64,000 bases of DNA from Lama guanicoe. Lineage: Eukaryota. The notes beneath the pieces are model-generated. The model did no database searches. It was given only the letters and a program-made list of their open reading frames with translations, and was not told the origin of the DNA. Made by a program: the position numbers and the translations under genes. The DNA lies in the NCBI GenBank assembly GCA_013239625.1, contig MU053379.1:3516866-3580865 (forward strand). Direction: 5' to 3'. How positions within the stretch are numbered: the first letter of the stretch is position 1; every line of letters begins with the position of its first letter. Shown here in pieces: positions 1 to 13,437 of this stretch.

Positions 1-194
1 TGAAAGTAAACAGTCAATAGCTGAATGGAGTTTGAACACAACATCTGTGTTGTTAAAAGTCTGATTGACTACTTGTTCTGAACATTAGGTTTGAGTTCTA
101 AGCAAAGCCTTAAACAGAAGACAGCTGGGTTACACCCCCCTCCCATCCTTCCAGATGCAAAGCACTCTTCCTGTGCCCGTCAGCGTTGCGCGAA

Positions 195-228
195 CGCACG
201 CGCACACGCACACGCACGCACGCACGCA
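195..228. repeat. (CGCA/CA)n alternating purine-pyrimidine microsatellite
   Basis: acgcacgcgcacacgcacacgcacgcacgcacgc read directly. Confidence 0.85.
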
Positions 229-2314
229 CTTTATATCCCAACACGGATTTCAGAAAAGTACCTGCAGTCCCTGCTGTTCCTCTCTGCAACTTTGATCCTG
301 GATTTTGGTTTCTGTGCTTCAATTGGTGAAGAACAAGTTAGATTGCCATAAACCCCCAAAACATTTAGGAAAGTCTCACATCTGCAGTTAGCATTTCTGA
401 AACCTAGTTTTGCTGCGGCCTCTGCTAAACCATGGAGGGGCTTTGTTCCTCTCAGACCCTGCGCCAGCCCTCGCTCTTAGCTGTGAAGACACTTATCCTC
501 CTCTTCAGTTAATGAGTTTCACCTAGTCTGGCCGCTTGTGTTTTTATAAAAGATCTGCAAAGCACTAATTGCAAAAGAAGAAAAAAGCTCTTGTTTTGCA
601 TTCATCAGAATGTGGAATTCTATAGTGAAAACATTTCCTATTTCAATGTTTCAAAACTCAAATTTATCCTAATTTTAGGATGTGCACACGTACACTCAGC
701 ACGTTCCTGGGTGCAGAATGTTAAGCCCTCCAGCAGTTTCTTCTGGCTTGGGTCCTTTACTATTTAAAAGAATGCTGAAAGGAAAAAGTTGTGCCTACAC
801 CAAATACACGTCCAGAAAATATTGCATAAAGAAGGCTGTTTCTTTTTAATGATCTTTTTGATAGAGAGTTCACTTAGTCTCAGTGGTTTTTGTTCCAGAA
901 ATTAATTATCAAGGAAAAAGCTATCCGTGCAGACCTTTTTCTTCAAATATGTTACTTGGAGCCTCTAGTCCATAAGCCATTGTTTTTTTTTTTTTAAGTA
1001 GTGGGCTATACAGAAAAAAAATTACAAGCCATGTGAACTTCTGGAATACGTTTTCTCAAAGTAAAATTTCAGAATTCTGGTACCACTAGGAGGGAATCAA
1101 ATCAATATAAACAAGCATTTTGAAGTTTGGCACAGCAGTAATTGTCACGCTAGCTTGGTTAACATTTTGAAAGTCAATTCCATTAATATGCAAAAACCCA
1201 AATTGGAGGAATTTTCTGTGGGTGTATTGCATCATTTCCACATTACTGTTTCTGCAAGAATTAGTTCTAAGATGTTTTAAAAGTCAGTTCTCATTTTATA
1301 AAACTGCATTCACAGTCCCTTGATAAAGGCTTACCCCCTTGCCCTTGTTGTGGTTTTTTTCCCTTCGTGAAAGGAACTGGACTTTATTGTTGTTATTTAC
1401 TATACAACATGCATTTTGAGAACGCGCAACTTCTAAAACACCTTCTTAAGAATGCACTTAAGAAAACACCCAAACAACAAAGTGAAATAAAATACTTCAA
1501 ACTGTAATTCTAAAACTTTGAACGTATAAGAAGTCTAGGGTCTCTGGTAACTCTTTGGACCATTTACGAATCACACTGTATCCACATCATGTCTTGACTT
1601 TTCATCCATTTCACAAGCTCACGTTCTTCAGCTTTAATTTTTTAAACTGAGCTCTGTTGTCACTTCATGCCAAATAGCGTGAACCAAAACAAAGCTGTAC
1701 AACTTAGTGAAAAAGAAATGACCACTTGACTTTTACCAAAAAAAGCATTTAAGGTTCTTTTAAGTTATATTTAAATATCCTTTGAAACATAGGAAATATA
1801 AATTGGCATATTAAAGAGTAAATATATTATTTGTACAAGAAAACACCAACAAAATCGGTGTGCAACCCCTTTTAAGTTCTAAATATGAGGAAATTATAAA
1901 TACTTATTCTTTACATACTGATTACAATTCAATAACACCTTATTCTCTTCCTTCTTTAGGTATGCTTTGAAATGTAGATTAATTGATGTCTATTTTAGCA
2001 ACTTTGCGTACCGGCCCTAGTGTTTTACCAAGGTGTTCACATTCAGACAAGCAAACGCTTTAGAAAGAGCACATAACATGCCTGCAGAAGGCGAGGGCGT
2101 ACTTATTTCGTCCGTTGATTCTGGGAGGCCAGTTTCCGTACAAAAAGTAGTTTACAACCTTTCCTTCTTTTGATGAGCTGCGTCCTGGGGGAGGGAAATC
2201 CTCTTTTAGGGTAATATACAAACACTCATTTGCCAGATAATGATCAAAACATTGAAAAATCAGCATTAAATTAAAAAAGCTGTACCGATCTGTATAAGCC
2301 GTGTTCTGATTATG

Positions 2315-2320
2315 TTTATT
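2315..2320 (-). terminator. Candidate NKX2-4 polyadenylation signal (AATAAA)
   Basis: Plus-strand tttatt about 510 nt past the stop codon, followed on the minus strand by a U-rich tract (plus-strand A-runs at ~2245-2278). Confidence 0.6.
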
Positions 2321-2830
2321 CCATTTCTCTAAGTGGCAGTAATTCCTCGGCAATAATGTTGCTGTGTGCGTGATCCACCTTGAGCTACAGTTCAATTTAC
2401 TTTCCAAACATTAATGAAATTGCACTTAAAGGGGGAGGGGCTTCGAAAATTAATCTCCCAAGATAAGTTCCACTTCAAGAAGAATTAAATCGTTAAAGCT
2501 GGGTTGATTTTTAGAGCTACAAACACCAAGTTTCCAACGCTTAAAGCTCTGAGAGCTCTGGCTAGGAACGCGGTGGATGTGGACTCAGCCGGCTTTTCAC
2601 GTAACTTAGGAACCTCAGGGCCTCCCGGCGTGATTTGCATCCTTCAGCCCTGGGGCTGTCGCTGTCCCCACCCCCAGCCCGGAGGCTCCGAGCCTGCCCG
2701 TCCCCGGGACGCGTTCGTTCTCTTCCGATCGCCGCGTGCACAGTCCGCTCGGGCGCGTCTCCCGTCGGCCCGCGCCGTGGCTCGCAGGCCCTCCGGGCCG
2801 CAGGCCGGACCCCGCCGGGCGCCCGCGCGG

Positions 2831-3435
2831 TCACCACGTCCTGCCGTAGAGCAGGTTGGCGCCCAGCACGCCGCCGCCGTAGTCCCCGGCCGCCGCGGGG
2901 TCCAGGGCCTGCAGGCCGCCCCCCGGGCCGTGCAGCGCGGGCGGGCTGGGCGACAGCTCCTCCAGCTCGGGCGTCGGCGCGGGCGGCTGCGGGCCGGCCT
3001 GGCCGGGCGTCGGCGGGCCCGCGCCGTTCGGGCAGGGCTTGCCGTCCTTGACCAGCACGGGCACGGCCACGCGGCGCGGGGACGGCGGCGGCGCGCCCAG
3101 GCCGGCCTCCTGCTGCAGCTGCTGCGCCGCCTTGTCCTTGGCCTGCCGCTTCATCTTGTAGCGGTGGTTCTGGAACCAGATCTTCACCTGCGTCGGCGTC
3201 AGGTGGATCATGCTGGCCAGGTGCTCGCGCTCGGGGGCCGACAGGTACTTCTGCTGCTTGAAGCGCCGCTCCAGCTCGTAGACCTGCGCCTGCGAGAAGA
3301 GCACCCGCCGCTTCCTCCTGGGCGCCGCCGCCGCCGCGTGCAGGGGCGCCAGCGACTTGGCGGCGTCCGCGATGCCCGTCAGCGACCCCATGCCGGCCAC
3401 GTTCACGCCCGCCGACGGCCCCATGAACCTGGAGA
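2831..3435 (-). CDS. NKX2-4: NK2 homeobox 4, coding exon 2 (homeodomain, NK2-specific domain, C-terminus)
   Basis: Splice acceptor ccttcccctcgggcccctccccAG|TC TCC AGG TTC ATG (exon starts at 3435, phase 1). Homeodomain [60 protein letters not shown] (~3319-3140) has the NK2-diagnostic Tyr54. NK2-[19 protein letters not shown]; ends LLYGRTW-TGA. Confidence 0.97.
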
Positions 3436-3531
3436 CTGGGGAGGGGCCCGAGGGGAAGGCCAGCCAGCCAGCGGGGCTCTGGCCGGGCCCCTGCGCCCCC
3501 CGCGCGCCCCCGGCCGGGCCCCTGCGCCCCC
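3436..3531 (-). other. NKX2-4: 3' part of the NKX2-4 intron
   Basis: Polypyrimidine tract plus AG directly before SRFMGPSAG; its translation (GRRGPAGG...) is not NKX2-4-like. Confidence 0.85.
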
Positions 3532-3753
3532 NNNNNNNNNNNNNNNNNNNNNNNNNNNNNNNNNNNNNNNNNNNNNNNNNNNNNNNNNNNNNNNNNNNNN
3601 NNNNNNNNNNNNNNNNNNNNNNNNNNNNNNNNNNNNNNNNNNNNNNNNNNNNNNNNNNNNNNNNNNNNNNNNNNNNNNNNNNNNNNNNNNNNNNNNNNNN
3701 NNNNNNNNNNNNNNNNNNNNNNNNNNNNNNNNNNNNNNNNNNNNNNNNNNNNN
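3532..3753. other. Assembly gap (222 N)
   Basis: Run of N. Confidence 1.
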
Positions 3754-3928
3754 NCGAGGAGGGGCCGGGCGGCGGCGCGCGGTAGGCGGCGGCCGCGGCC
3801 CCCAGGGGCGCCCCCAGGCCGGGCGGCGCGCCGTCCATGTCGCCGCCGAACTTCTTGTAGGTCTCCTCGATGGGGCTCAGGATGTCGGACACGGAGAAGG
3901 GCGTCGTGTGCTTGGGGCTCAACGACAT
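3754..3928 (-). CDS. NKX2-4: NK2 homeobox 4, coding exon 1 (5' part; remainder lost in the gap)
   Basis: gccATG start. [26 protein letters not shown] contains the TN/eh1 domain, and the L/I/T residues distinguish NKX2-4 from NKX2-1 (MSMSPK...SPLEESYKK). Confidence 0.95.
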
Positions 3929-4069
3929 GGCTCGGCGGACGGCCAGGTAGGGGGGCCCCGGGCGCGCGCGGGCGGGACGCGGCGGCCGCTGGTGGCCGCC
4001 ACCTCGGCCGCGGCGGCAGCGCCTGGGACCAGGAGTCGGCGGCGCGGCGACCCCCCGAGCTGCGGGATC

Positions 4070-4200
4070 TGGGGTTTATTTTAGTCCGGCGCCAGGTTTA
4101 CGACAGACTCGGGGGCGGAGCAACATCCCAAACGAGCAAACAATGGTCATTGACATCTTTTTCTCCCGCACCCCCACCTCCCCACAGTGCAGGCAAAAAA
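4070..4200 (-). promoter_or_regulatory. NKX2-4 core/proximal promoter
   Basis: Isolated AT-rich TATA-like TAAAATAAA (minus, 4075-4083) in GC-rich DNA, a GC box ggggcgg (~4112) and a SOX-type aacaatg (~4139). Confidence 0.55.
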
Positions 4201-7200
4201 GGTAAAGGGGGCAGTTGGCTGTTCCTTGCGAAGATCACCCCCCTTTGCTTTCTCCATCTTTCCCTCCCCTATCCCGGTGGTCACCCCCGCCCTCGAGCCC
4301 CAGAATCAGAAACTCCGAGGCGAGGCCGGCGTCGAGGCTTGGTGTGAAAGGCTCCGCGCTTCTGCGCATCTAGACCCCAGTTTTCCTGAAGTGACTACCT
4401 AGCAAAGTCCAGTATAACTGGGGTGTGGGGGGGGAGTGTGCTGCTAAGTTGTTGGGGGGCGTGTGCAGGGCTCGCCTGGTCTTCTTCCGCTACCAGTCTC
4501 TCATTCGCTCCGTCATCTAAAGTGTTTAAAGAAAAAAAAAGAAGAAAGAAAAAGAAAATAAGGCTCTTGGTTCCCACCATAAGAGCACATAAAGAGACGA
4601 GGTACAATGAGCGTCCTCTGCCGCTACAGGGCTTCTAATTTATGCATCTCTAGACTCTTAAGCATCATTTTCTGAGCAACCAAACGGGCATTTCCAAATT
4701 AGCTCAAAGTTTCCAAATCCAAAGGAGAGAGAAAACACACAGAGTCAAACGCAGAAGTGCTAACTTGTAAGTACGCTGTTTCTACTCTCTGGGGATGGAG
4801 GTTGGATAAGGGAAAGAGGGTCCATTTTCGTGTTTCAATGTTCCTGTTCAGTTTGCACCTGTAAACTTCTTTACAGGCTTCTTTCCCTTTGTTTTTTTCT
4901 GTGCCCCTCCACCCCCCCCAAGTAAAAATATCCAGCTTAGGGTTTATTGGCCTATCCCTACAACGATCAAAAAGAAGAGAAAGAAAACAGCCCCCAAATC
5001 CAGATATTTCTAGCCACCCGAAATGGGTCTTTTTGTTGTTGTTTGAAAAATATAACCTGCTCAAGGAATATGAAATAGAAGCAGAGATCAGGTGAAAATG
5101 GTAGTTTCTCTTGAAAAAGACAAAACCGTAGGTAAGCTGATTTAAAAAAAAACAGAACTTTGCTATCCTTTGGTTTGCAAATTTACCTGCATAGTGAAGA
5201 ATTTCGACATTGTGAACTTTCCACTGAATGCTGAACACGACAAAGAATAAGACAAAAGAAGCGTGCAAAAGCGTATCGACTAAATTTTGGGAAAAGCCCT
5301 GAAGTTAAAAAAAAAAAAAAGCAACAACAGGGAAAGGAAGATGCAGTTTTCAAGTTTTCCCAGGGCAGAAGACCAGGGCAGAAGAAAACAAGGAGAGAAC
5401 TTTCTTAAGCAAGATTTTATTGTTTACAAAAGAAGAACAGAATTGTGAGAACAATTCCAGTTTAACCCAAGAGCCCATAAGACCTAGTAAATAGCACATA
5501 TCTCGAAGGGAAGGACATTTAGCCATTTCTTTTCTTGTTTGGCTTCAGCCCTTTGGTTGGAGTGTCTTGTGTGGTTTTGCTCTTATTGTTTTATTCGCTG
5601 TTTTGTTCATTTCAGTGAGTTTTCAAAGGGTGGGGGGAACGGGGTGAGGAAGAGACCAAAATGGTCACCTATGGGAAGAACGTGTCAACCAGGCAAGTGT
5701 GTAGAATACTAGTGAATTTTAATTCCCTAAAGAAAAAAAGAAAAGTTACCATGATTGTTTACAGATGTTAGTTTGGCTTAGCAAGATTAAATTGCTACAG
5801 TTTTTAACACGATGATACCTTTCCAGGTCTTTCTGGAGCTTGAGACAATCAGGCTAGGTCTTCATCTCACCGGTGCTGCAGTTGCCTACCTAATTTTTTT
5901 TTTTTAATTGGCGAGACACAAGAAGCATTTATGTATGTATTTAAGTGATTGCTGGAATCTTGAGAGCTGCAGTTTGGCTTTTAAGTTTTGGTTTAATTCA
6001 AATTGTATTGTTTACTTGATCCGCTTAAAAACAGTAGGAAGTCTTCCATGTCAAACTTTCCTCAGAGACAACAGGGTAAGTAAAAATAGTTGTTATAACA
6101 CATCTTTGGGTATAAACGTCATTTATGATCCACGGTATTTCATTTTTCAAGTTCAAACATGTTTCAGAAATGAGACCTATTATCACAATCTTCATGGAGA
6201 TTAGTTATCCAAACTGCAGAAGTGTTCGCAATGACAGGTTTTCCCCAGGCAGCCGCTGTCATTTACTCTGCTTTCAGGCTGTACATTTTATCTCATGTAA
6301 TACGTTTATAGAACTTCAGGGTAGCAGTTCACATCGAGTGGTTTAGCTACGAGTTGTTGCTTTTGTTTTTCGGCTGCAGCGGGCCCTGCTGCAGCCCATT
6401 TCCATCTGGAAAGCCCCCACCTTTAAATAGAAAAGCCTTTTATCGTATCCGGAGGCTTCCTGCAGTCGCCTTCTGGCCGCTTGGGAACTTGACACCCTAA
6501 ATCACACTCCTTTCCTGGAGGTGGTCCGTTTGGGGCAAAACCCCACAAGCTTCAGCATCTCTCCCTGTCACTTGTCTGCGTCCCGTTCCAGAAATTATGT
6601 GTCTTCATGCTGGAAACACTGCTTGGATGTGTGCAGATGATTCCGAAAATAGACGTCACCTAGAAGAGGTGTATGAACATCTATATACAGACAGAAATGA
6701 GAACCAGCCAGTTGATGTTCCATTAAAACTTGTTATCAAATTCATTTCACATTATTGTCTGCCTGAATTTTGTATGAAAATATATACTGAGCAGGTTCTT
6801 GAATACTGTTGGCTACATTGGATTTCACAGGAAACATATTTCTGAGGAATGTTTTCTTGTTGGGTTTTTTCTTTCCTTAAAAACAATGCTGGCACTCAGC
6901 AAAAAAATACAAACGCTCAAAGAGAAGACAGTGAGCTGTCCCTCCCCTTCCCGCCCTCTGGCCTCCCAGCTGCCCTCCTCAGAGGCACTGGTACCTGTTT
7001 CTTCTGGCGTGTCTGTACGTCTGGAAGCGTGCTGCCATTTACACGAAGGGTGGCAGGCTCCATATGGTTTGATACCTTGCTTTTTTCATAGTTTAGGTTT
7101 TTGTAATTTTATGTATCACACTTACCACTGAAAACTTAATAAATGGGCTGAGACAGATAGAGAAACATTTCCTAAACATTCAGTAGACTCTCTTGGCTTT

Positions 7201-10200
7201 CTGACAAAAATGTGGTATTTACTGAAAACTTCTGGTGTGTTAATTAACCTTAGGGCCAAAAATATTTGGTAAAAACAATTGTGAAGTAGAAGCTTTCCCC
7301 AGACATAGGATTTGCTATTGTCAGACAGAAGCTCAGAGAAAGGGGCGTGAGAGATGTTGAGAAACCAGCCAGTTGCTGAAAGGGGAACGTTATTTTTCTA
7401 GGGTAGCAAACAGATTTCTAACGTCTTACAACAAACAGTATTTGAAAATAGAACTTTCTGCTTGACACTCAAAAAGACAGATGCCTTTCAGAAACAAGAC
7501 ACTTAATTATACTTGTGATTAGTTTAAAATAGTTGTGAAATAATTTGATTAATAAAATTCTCACTTTGAAGAAGTAGCTTTAAAATATTGGCATTACAGT
7601 GGGGAAGGAATAAAAGGAAACATGTCAGGATACCAGTATCTTGTAGCAACATTTGAGAATATAAAGAGGAAGCAAAACTGCTATAGAGATGAAACAAGGT
7701 TTTAAAAAGTCATTTTTTAAATGTTTGCCGATTTCACCAGTTTCTAAAATTTGGTTCTCATTTCGTTGTCGTCCTCCTGTGGCATCTTGGTTTTAAATGT
7801 TCACCTCAGGTATTTGAGTCTCTTGGGATAACTTTACACCTTGTGCGTATGACGTCCTTCCTTCTTCCCCCTCCCCTGGGAGCAGATTTTCACAGACCCA
7901 GAGTGTCCCGCCAGGCTTCGCTCTCAGCCCTCCGGTCGCTGCTCCCTGTGCACTGAATCGTGGCCGGGCCGGGAGGACAGGAGAAGGAGGCTGGAGAACT
8001 TGGTGCCCCCACCTCTTCCTTTCGTAATTTTTCACAAAATGCAAACTCCTTCCATTTTAACTCTTACTTTAAAAATGATAATCTGATAATCAGATTTTTA
8101 GAGTGAAGATAGTTTCCTGACCAGTGGATGTATTTTAAATTAACATGATTATTAGCACAACGTGAGAGTAAATGGTAGGCGTTAAAGACATGATTTTTGT
8201 TGGAATCATAATAATAGCGAGGTCCAATTAAGTGATGCCTAAAAACAAGGACAAATACTAGAAGCCCCCCCTTCTAGGGCCGCTGGCACCACTGGTTTTT
8301 CAGTCTCAGTAGGAGACAGCATTCAGCTGCACCGGGGCGGGCGGGGGCGGGGGGGTGAAATTTCAAAAACCGGCCAGTGTGGCATGGCATTCTCAGCCAA
8401 GGATGATGGGCTGGGGCTGGAAACTCAAGTCTTCCTGTCTTTTAAAAATGACTTTCAGAGCGAGCATTGAAACGCATGACGTGGGAAGCGAGGGCTGTGC
8501 TGAGGTCTGCTTCTTACTGTGAATAACAAGTTTACTTGTGTGTCTTGCTTCTGTAGACGTTTAAACTTTTTGGAATATAATAGCATTTCCCCTGAACAAC
8601 ACCTGATGTTTTTTACACATCTTCGCATGTCATTAAATGTCTCTTTTCTAGGAAAAAAGAATCCTTTGAATTTTAAGCAAAATCGTATTTCTGTTTATTG
8701 GTTTGTGTGAGGAGAGTTAGTCATTCTAAAGGTTGTACTGGAGCTCTGCGCACACCTGACTGCAGTGAATACATAGAGCTTTAAAAAATATATACTTTTG
8801 TAACTTTCTTCTCACATGCACTCAACTTATCCAAATCTAAGAGGCTCATTGAATTTAATGCAAAGTCTCTTTTTCTCCAAGTCCCATTAAACACGTATCA
8901 CCTGACGCTTACAGGTGACTTTGTCATTATCAAGGGAGCGATCCGTTCTGACACCTGAGTCTGATTATCGGGTTATTTGTTGCTAGCGCTTACTTTGAAG
9001 GAGAAACTTCAATTTTAGGCATTTTGATAGAGTATTTTTGCATTTATTAATAAAGTTTTACTATATGCACTTTATAAGAACTACGGCGGTGCTTACAGCT
9101 GGCGCGTGTTGCGCAGGCGCGTGCTGCAGGGCTGGGGCCGTGCTTGAAGCAACAGGCTACTGTTCACTTTGTGAGGCAGCATCAGTTCTGGTAGATTTTA
9201 AACAGTTTTAATTGTTGATTCAATAATTTGCACTACAAAGCTTGATATGAAATGATTTCGTTAATCTACTTTATACAGAGATTGAGTGCCCTGAGAAAAC
9301 CTACCTCATAGGGTTTCCTTTAAAAAAATAAATAAATACCTAGGAAAATGGTCTTAAATCACAACACACCTGTCAGACGGGCTTGAAAATTACTAATTAT
9401 TGCTTCAAAATACTCAGCTTGTAAAGGAAACTAGTAATGAGATCTGACTCTTCAGTAAACCCAGTGCTTACTACGTTTTTAAAAATTAGGTACTAAATTT
9501 GATCTTCTAACTGTGTAGGGAATCCCACAGGGGCGGTACTGAAAAGGTGATTCCGACGAGGTGTTTGCTTTTAGAAGCCGTGGAAGTTTCACTTTGTGGA
9601 AAGGGCCACAAGCCACAAGCTATTGGAATTTGGCCAAAAACACCAAATAATAATTTCCTGAGAAATCAGCACTGGCTTGAATGAAAGCAGCTTCTCATTG
9701 GCATACAGTATGTCCCTAACATCAATAATTATCTAATGGAAGAAACATGAAACATTCGGAGTAGACCATCTCTTCCAAAATAAAAAGCATGTATGAATAT
9801 GCAGAATCAGCTTGGAAAAAACGAACACAACTAACTTACCTGTAGGAATAAATGAAGCCTTTCAGAGGCTGAAAGATTTTTCACAATTACACGATGAAAA
9901 CATTTCAATCAAATTTGTAATTGTTTGAAGCCCACTTTTTGACAGGATAAATGAGCCTTGAGCCGTGGCAGGCGCGTGGCGTGGATGCTGCGCACAGGTT
10001 GTCCCAGGCATCAGTGAGGGAGGGCGCTACAGGGCAATGGCTTCGACTTGGGTTTCTCATGCTCGCTGTTACCAAGCCGCCTGGAAGGTCTGAACGAATA
10101 CCGCTTCACATGCGAAGCTTTACTTTTCCATAAATAGTCTGCTGTGTGTGATGGTTTCTTCTAGAAAGCAGTCTTTCTCTAGAACAATCAGTGGTAGTGC

Positions 10201-12017
10201 CCATGTGGTTGCGCTGCCGTCGGGGACGTAACTGACGGCAGACGCCTTGACGCAGCTCTTACGGCCGATTCGCAGAGACTGAAGGGGCGATGGGAACGGC
10301 GGTTTAGGAACTGTTTTCCAGAGACACCAGAGGATCGAAAAGAAACATGAGGCTCCAGTGGCCTCTGAAATCACTTTCACACAAAGGCCGGGTTTAGTAG
10401 ATACAAGTGTTGTTTACGTGCTCTGCTCATAAGAAAAAATATTTGTGTGGCATAAAGAGATGCCTTGGCCACGGATCTTAAAGGAGCAGATCAGAGTGTC
10501 TGTTCTGTACCCATTTCAAGAGGAGAAAAGGGGAAGGTTCTGTCTGTTCAGGGTTCCATGCGTGCCTGTGTTTAGCTACACAGGTGAACACGCGTGAAAA
10601 CCAAACACGGCTCATACCCGAGGACGTCTAGTCCCAGCCGTCCTTAGCTTTGTGTGTGCGTATGGGCTGCCACCCTTCCTCGTATCAGGCAGTAAGCTGT
10701 GTCTCTCTCATGTGCATATTTTGACTTAGAGACTCAGTGGGAATTAATTACATGATGCAAAAAAAAAGAAAAGCTTAATTGTACATTTATACTTCTACCT
10801 TGATTCATAAAGGATGTGAGGCAGTTTATAAGTAGGTATATTTGTGTACTTTAAACATTTAGTAAGAATCAGGACCTCGTAAACAAGGATCTTATAAATG
10901 TGAAAAGTTAAGATATGGGTGAAAAAAAATCACCTCTGCAGGCCACAGAGCCGACCAGGTCCTGCAGCTGAACTCTGACCCTAAGCTCCCCAGGGGTCAG
11001 CTCAAAAAGCCAGTTACACTTCCCTTATTTTTAGGGAAAACCAAACCAAACCAAACCGAACCCTGATTCCTCAGGAAAAGAAGCACCTCCAACACTAAGC
11101 TCTGAAAGAAATTGCTCACAGGGGGCTTCACGTAGGAAACACTGAATATGCACTTCTTACTGGTTCCCTGGAAGATGGAGTTAGTATTTGCTAACGCTGG
11201 CTTGTCACAGTGGCCATTCCTCAAACACTTGGGACCTCGGTGCCACATCAGCTCAGTTACGGTAGCTCTGGGGATGGTGGACTAAATGATGTGTGTAACC
11301 TTCTGATGTTCCAGGAATGAATTCCATGCTTTTCAAAGAAACTTCATAAAAATCACAGCATCGTGACAGTTTGGTTGCCGGAAGGTCCTTGTGCTGAAGC
11401 TGACCGTGTCACTCCAGCTGGCACGGGTCAGTCCCGGTTCAACCCTCTGGTGCTGCACTGCGGCTCTGGTCTCCCTCTAAATACAAGGAGATGCTATAGT
11501 AATCATATTATCACACTTAAGTTTCCTCCTTTTCATACTAAAGTTCCCCCGGGACAAAACGATCTGTGATGAACACACACAATCATTAACCAAGAATGTG
11601 TCAAGAAATTCCTGATTGCTTAAGAGTGTCCAGTGCTGCAGAAAATTGGGAAGGGAGTCCCTCTGATACCAGGAAGAGGAAACTTATTCTTGGCATCTGC
11701 ATCCTGATCTGGACGTGGTGCCTTTAAATTATATGCAGGTATGTATGTGTATTACTGTATGTGTTATTTTAAATTGTATGTACTTGTGCACATACACTTG
11801 TAAATATATATGCAGGCCGGGTTCTAAACATTTGACTTACTAATGAACTTTTTAGAACATGTCCCACTTGTAAGGCAGAGATGAGGCTAAAATCCTGAAA
11901 CCACTGTCATTAATCTTTTACTAATGTGCTAAGTGCATTCGTGGACTTGAGGTGTTTATCTCACTTGATAGTTACAATAGAGGAGAGCTTAACAGGAATT
12001 CAAGTGAAAAAAGATTC

Positions 12018-12950
12018 TTTTTTTCCAGTTTCAGTGAGAAATACTTGGCATACAGCACCGTGTACGTGTAAGGTGTGCAGCGGGTGATTTACACACATCG
12101 TGAAGTCATTCTCAGAGTAAGTTCAGTGAACATCCATTAGCTCATACAGGCACAAAATTAAAGAAATGGAAACCATTTTTTTCCTGTGATGAGAACTCTT
12201 AGGATTTACTCTCAATCCCGTTCACATAGAGCAGAGAGCAGTGTTAGTTCCATGTATCATGTTGTACGTTATGTCCCGCGTGTTCACCCTGTAACTGGAA
12301 GTTTGTACCTTTTGACTGTCTTCATCTAATTCCTTCCCCCGCCTCTGGTAACCACAAATCTGGTCTCTTTTTCTGTGTGTTTTTCTTGAAGTGTAACTGA
12401 CCTACAACACTGTGTTAGTCCCTATTACACAGTGTAGTGACTCGATATTCCCATACATTTCAAACTGATCACCCCGATAACGCTTGTTACAGTGTGTCAC
12501 CACACAGACACTACGTCATTACCTGTGTTCCCCACACTGTGCACGTCGTCCCTGGGACTCCTTCATTCTGCAGCTGGAAGTTTGTACCTCTTAATCTCCC
12601 TCACCTGGCAAACACCTGCTTGTTCTCTGTACCTATAACTCTGTAACTCTGTTTATGTTTTGTGATGGTTGTTCATTTGTGGCTTTTTTTTAAGATTCCA
12701 CATAGAAATAAAATCATACAGTATTTGTTTTTCTCTATCTGATTTATTTCACTTAGCGTGATACCCTCTAGGTACAACCATTCTGTTACAAATGCCAAGA
12801 TTTCATTATTTTTTATGGCTGAGTAATATTCTACTGTGTAAACATGCCACACCCTCTTTATCCGTTCATCTGTTAATGAGCACCTGTGTCGCTTCCGTAC
12901 CTTGGCTGCTGTAAGTGATTCTGCAAGGAACACGGGGATGCATATTTCTT
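12018..12950 (-). mobile_element. LINE-1 3' end fragment(s)
   Basis: Typical L1 3'UTR and end of ORF2 (minus frame VEYYSAIKNNEILAFVTEWLYLEGITLSEINQ); a second 3'-end-like segment starts near 12385. Confidence 0.85.
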
Positions 12951-13437
12951 TCCTAATGAAAAAATATGCTGGAAGGGAGTGGGAAAGGGTCTCAGAGACA
13001 CTTGTTTAGACGGCTTCCCTGCGTCTCTGCAGGGCCCACAGATTAGCATTTATGTGACATCTGAGTAGCGACTGGTGATGAAACTGTCCCTACATTGTCA
13101 GACGTGTCACTGACATTTTGATGGCTGTCTACGCAGTTTAAAAAACTTACTCTTCAGCTGGATATTTGTTTTGTACACATTCTCTTTGTAAAAACAGCAG
13201 AAAATTTGGACGTTTCTACTGGCCGTAAGCAGTTAACAGAGCAGTGATAAAAAGTTTCTTTCCTGCAATTACTACAGTAATTTCTTCAGCAAAATTAATA
13301 TATTTTCTCAAAGTTATGTGAATCTTTGGCTTGTAGATTATAGGCATGATCGATCAGCTCAATGTTATTAAAAGTATTGAAGTAATAAATAGAAGCTTCT
13401 TGCAAAACAACTCAAAGTAATATTGAGGTATGTTAGA

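Larger units (their letters stand above)
2620..4480. promoter_or_regulatory. CpG island covering the NKX2-4 gene body and promoter
   Basis: Very high GC content and CpG density against AT-rich flanks. Confidence 0.9.

Noticed and set aside
1..2300. Terminal exon of the expected neighbour XRN2
   Set aside because: No XRN2 coding sequence is recognisable; it probably lies left of the window.
2831..3928. NKX2-4 as a single-exon 365-aa ORF
   Set aside because: Continuity is an artefact of translating through Ns and intron; a clear splice acceptor lies at 3436-3437.
2504..4084. 526-aa plus-strand ORF and other ORFs overlapping NKX2-4
   Set aside because: Antisense shadow frames of a GC-rich gene; TTG start; reads through Ns.
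5360..5385. 13-bp tandem duplication ccagggcagaaga x2
   Set aside because: Ordinary slippage duplication with no further evidence of function.
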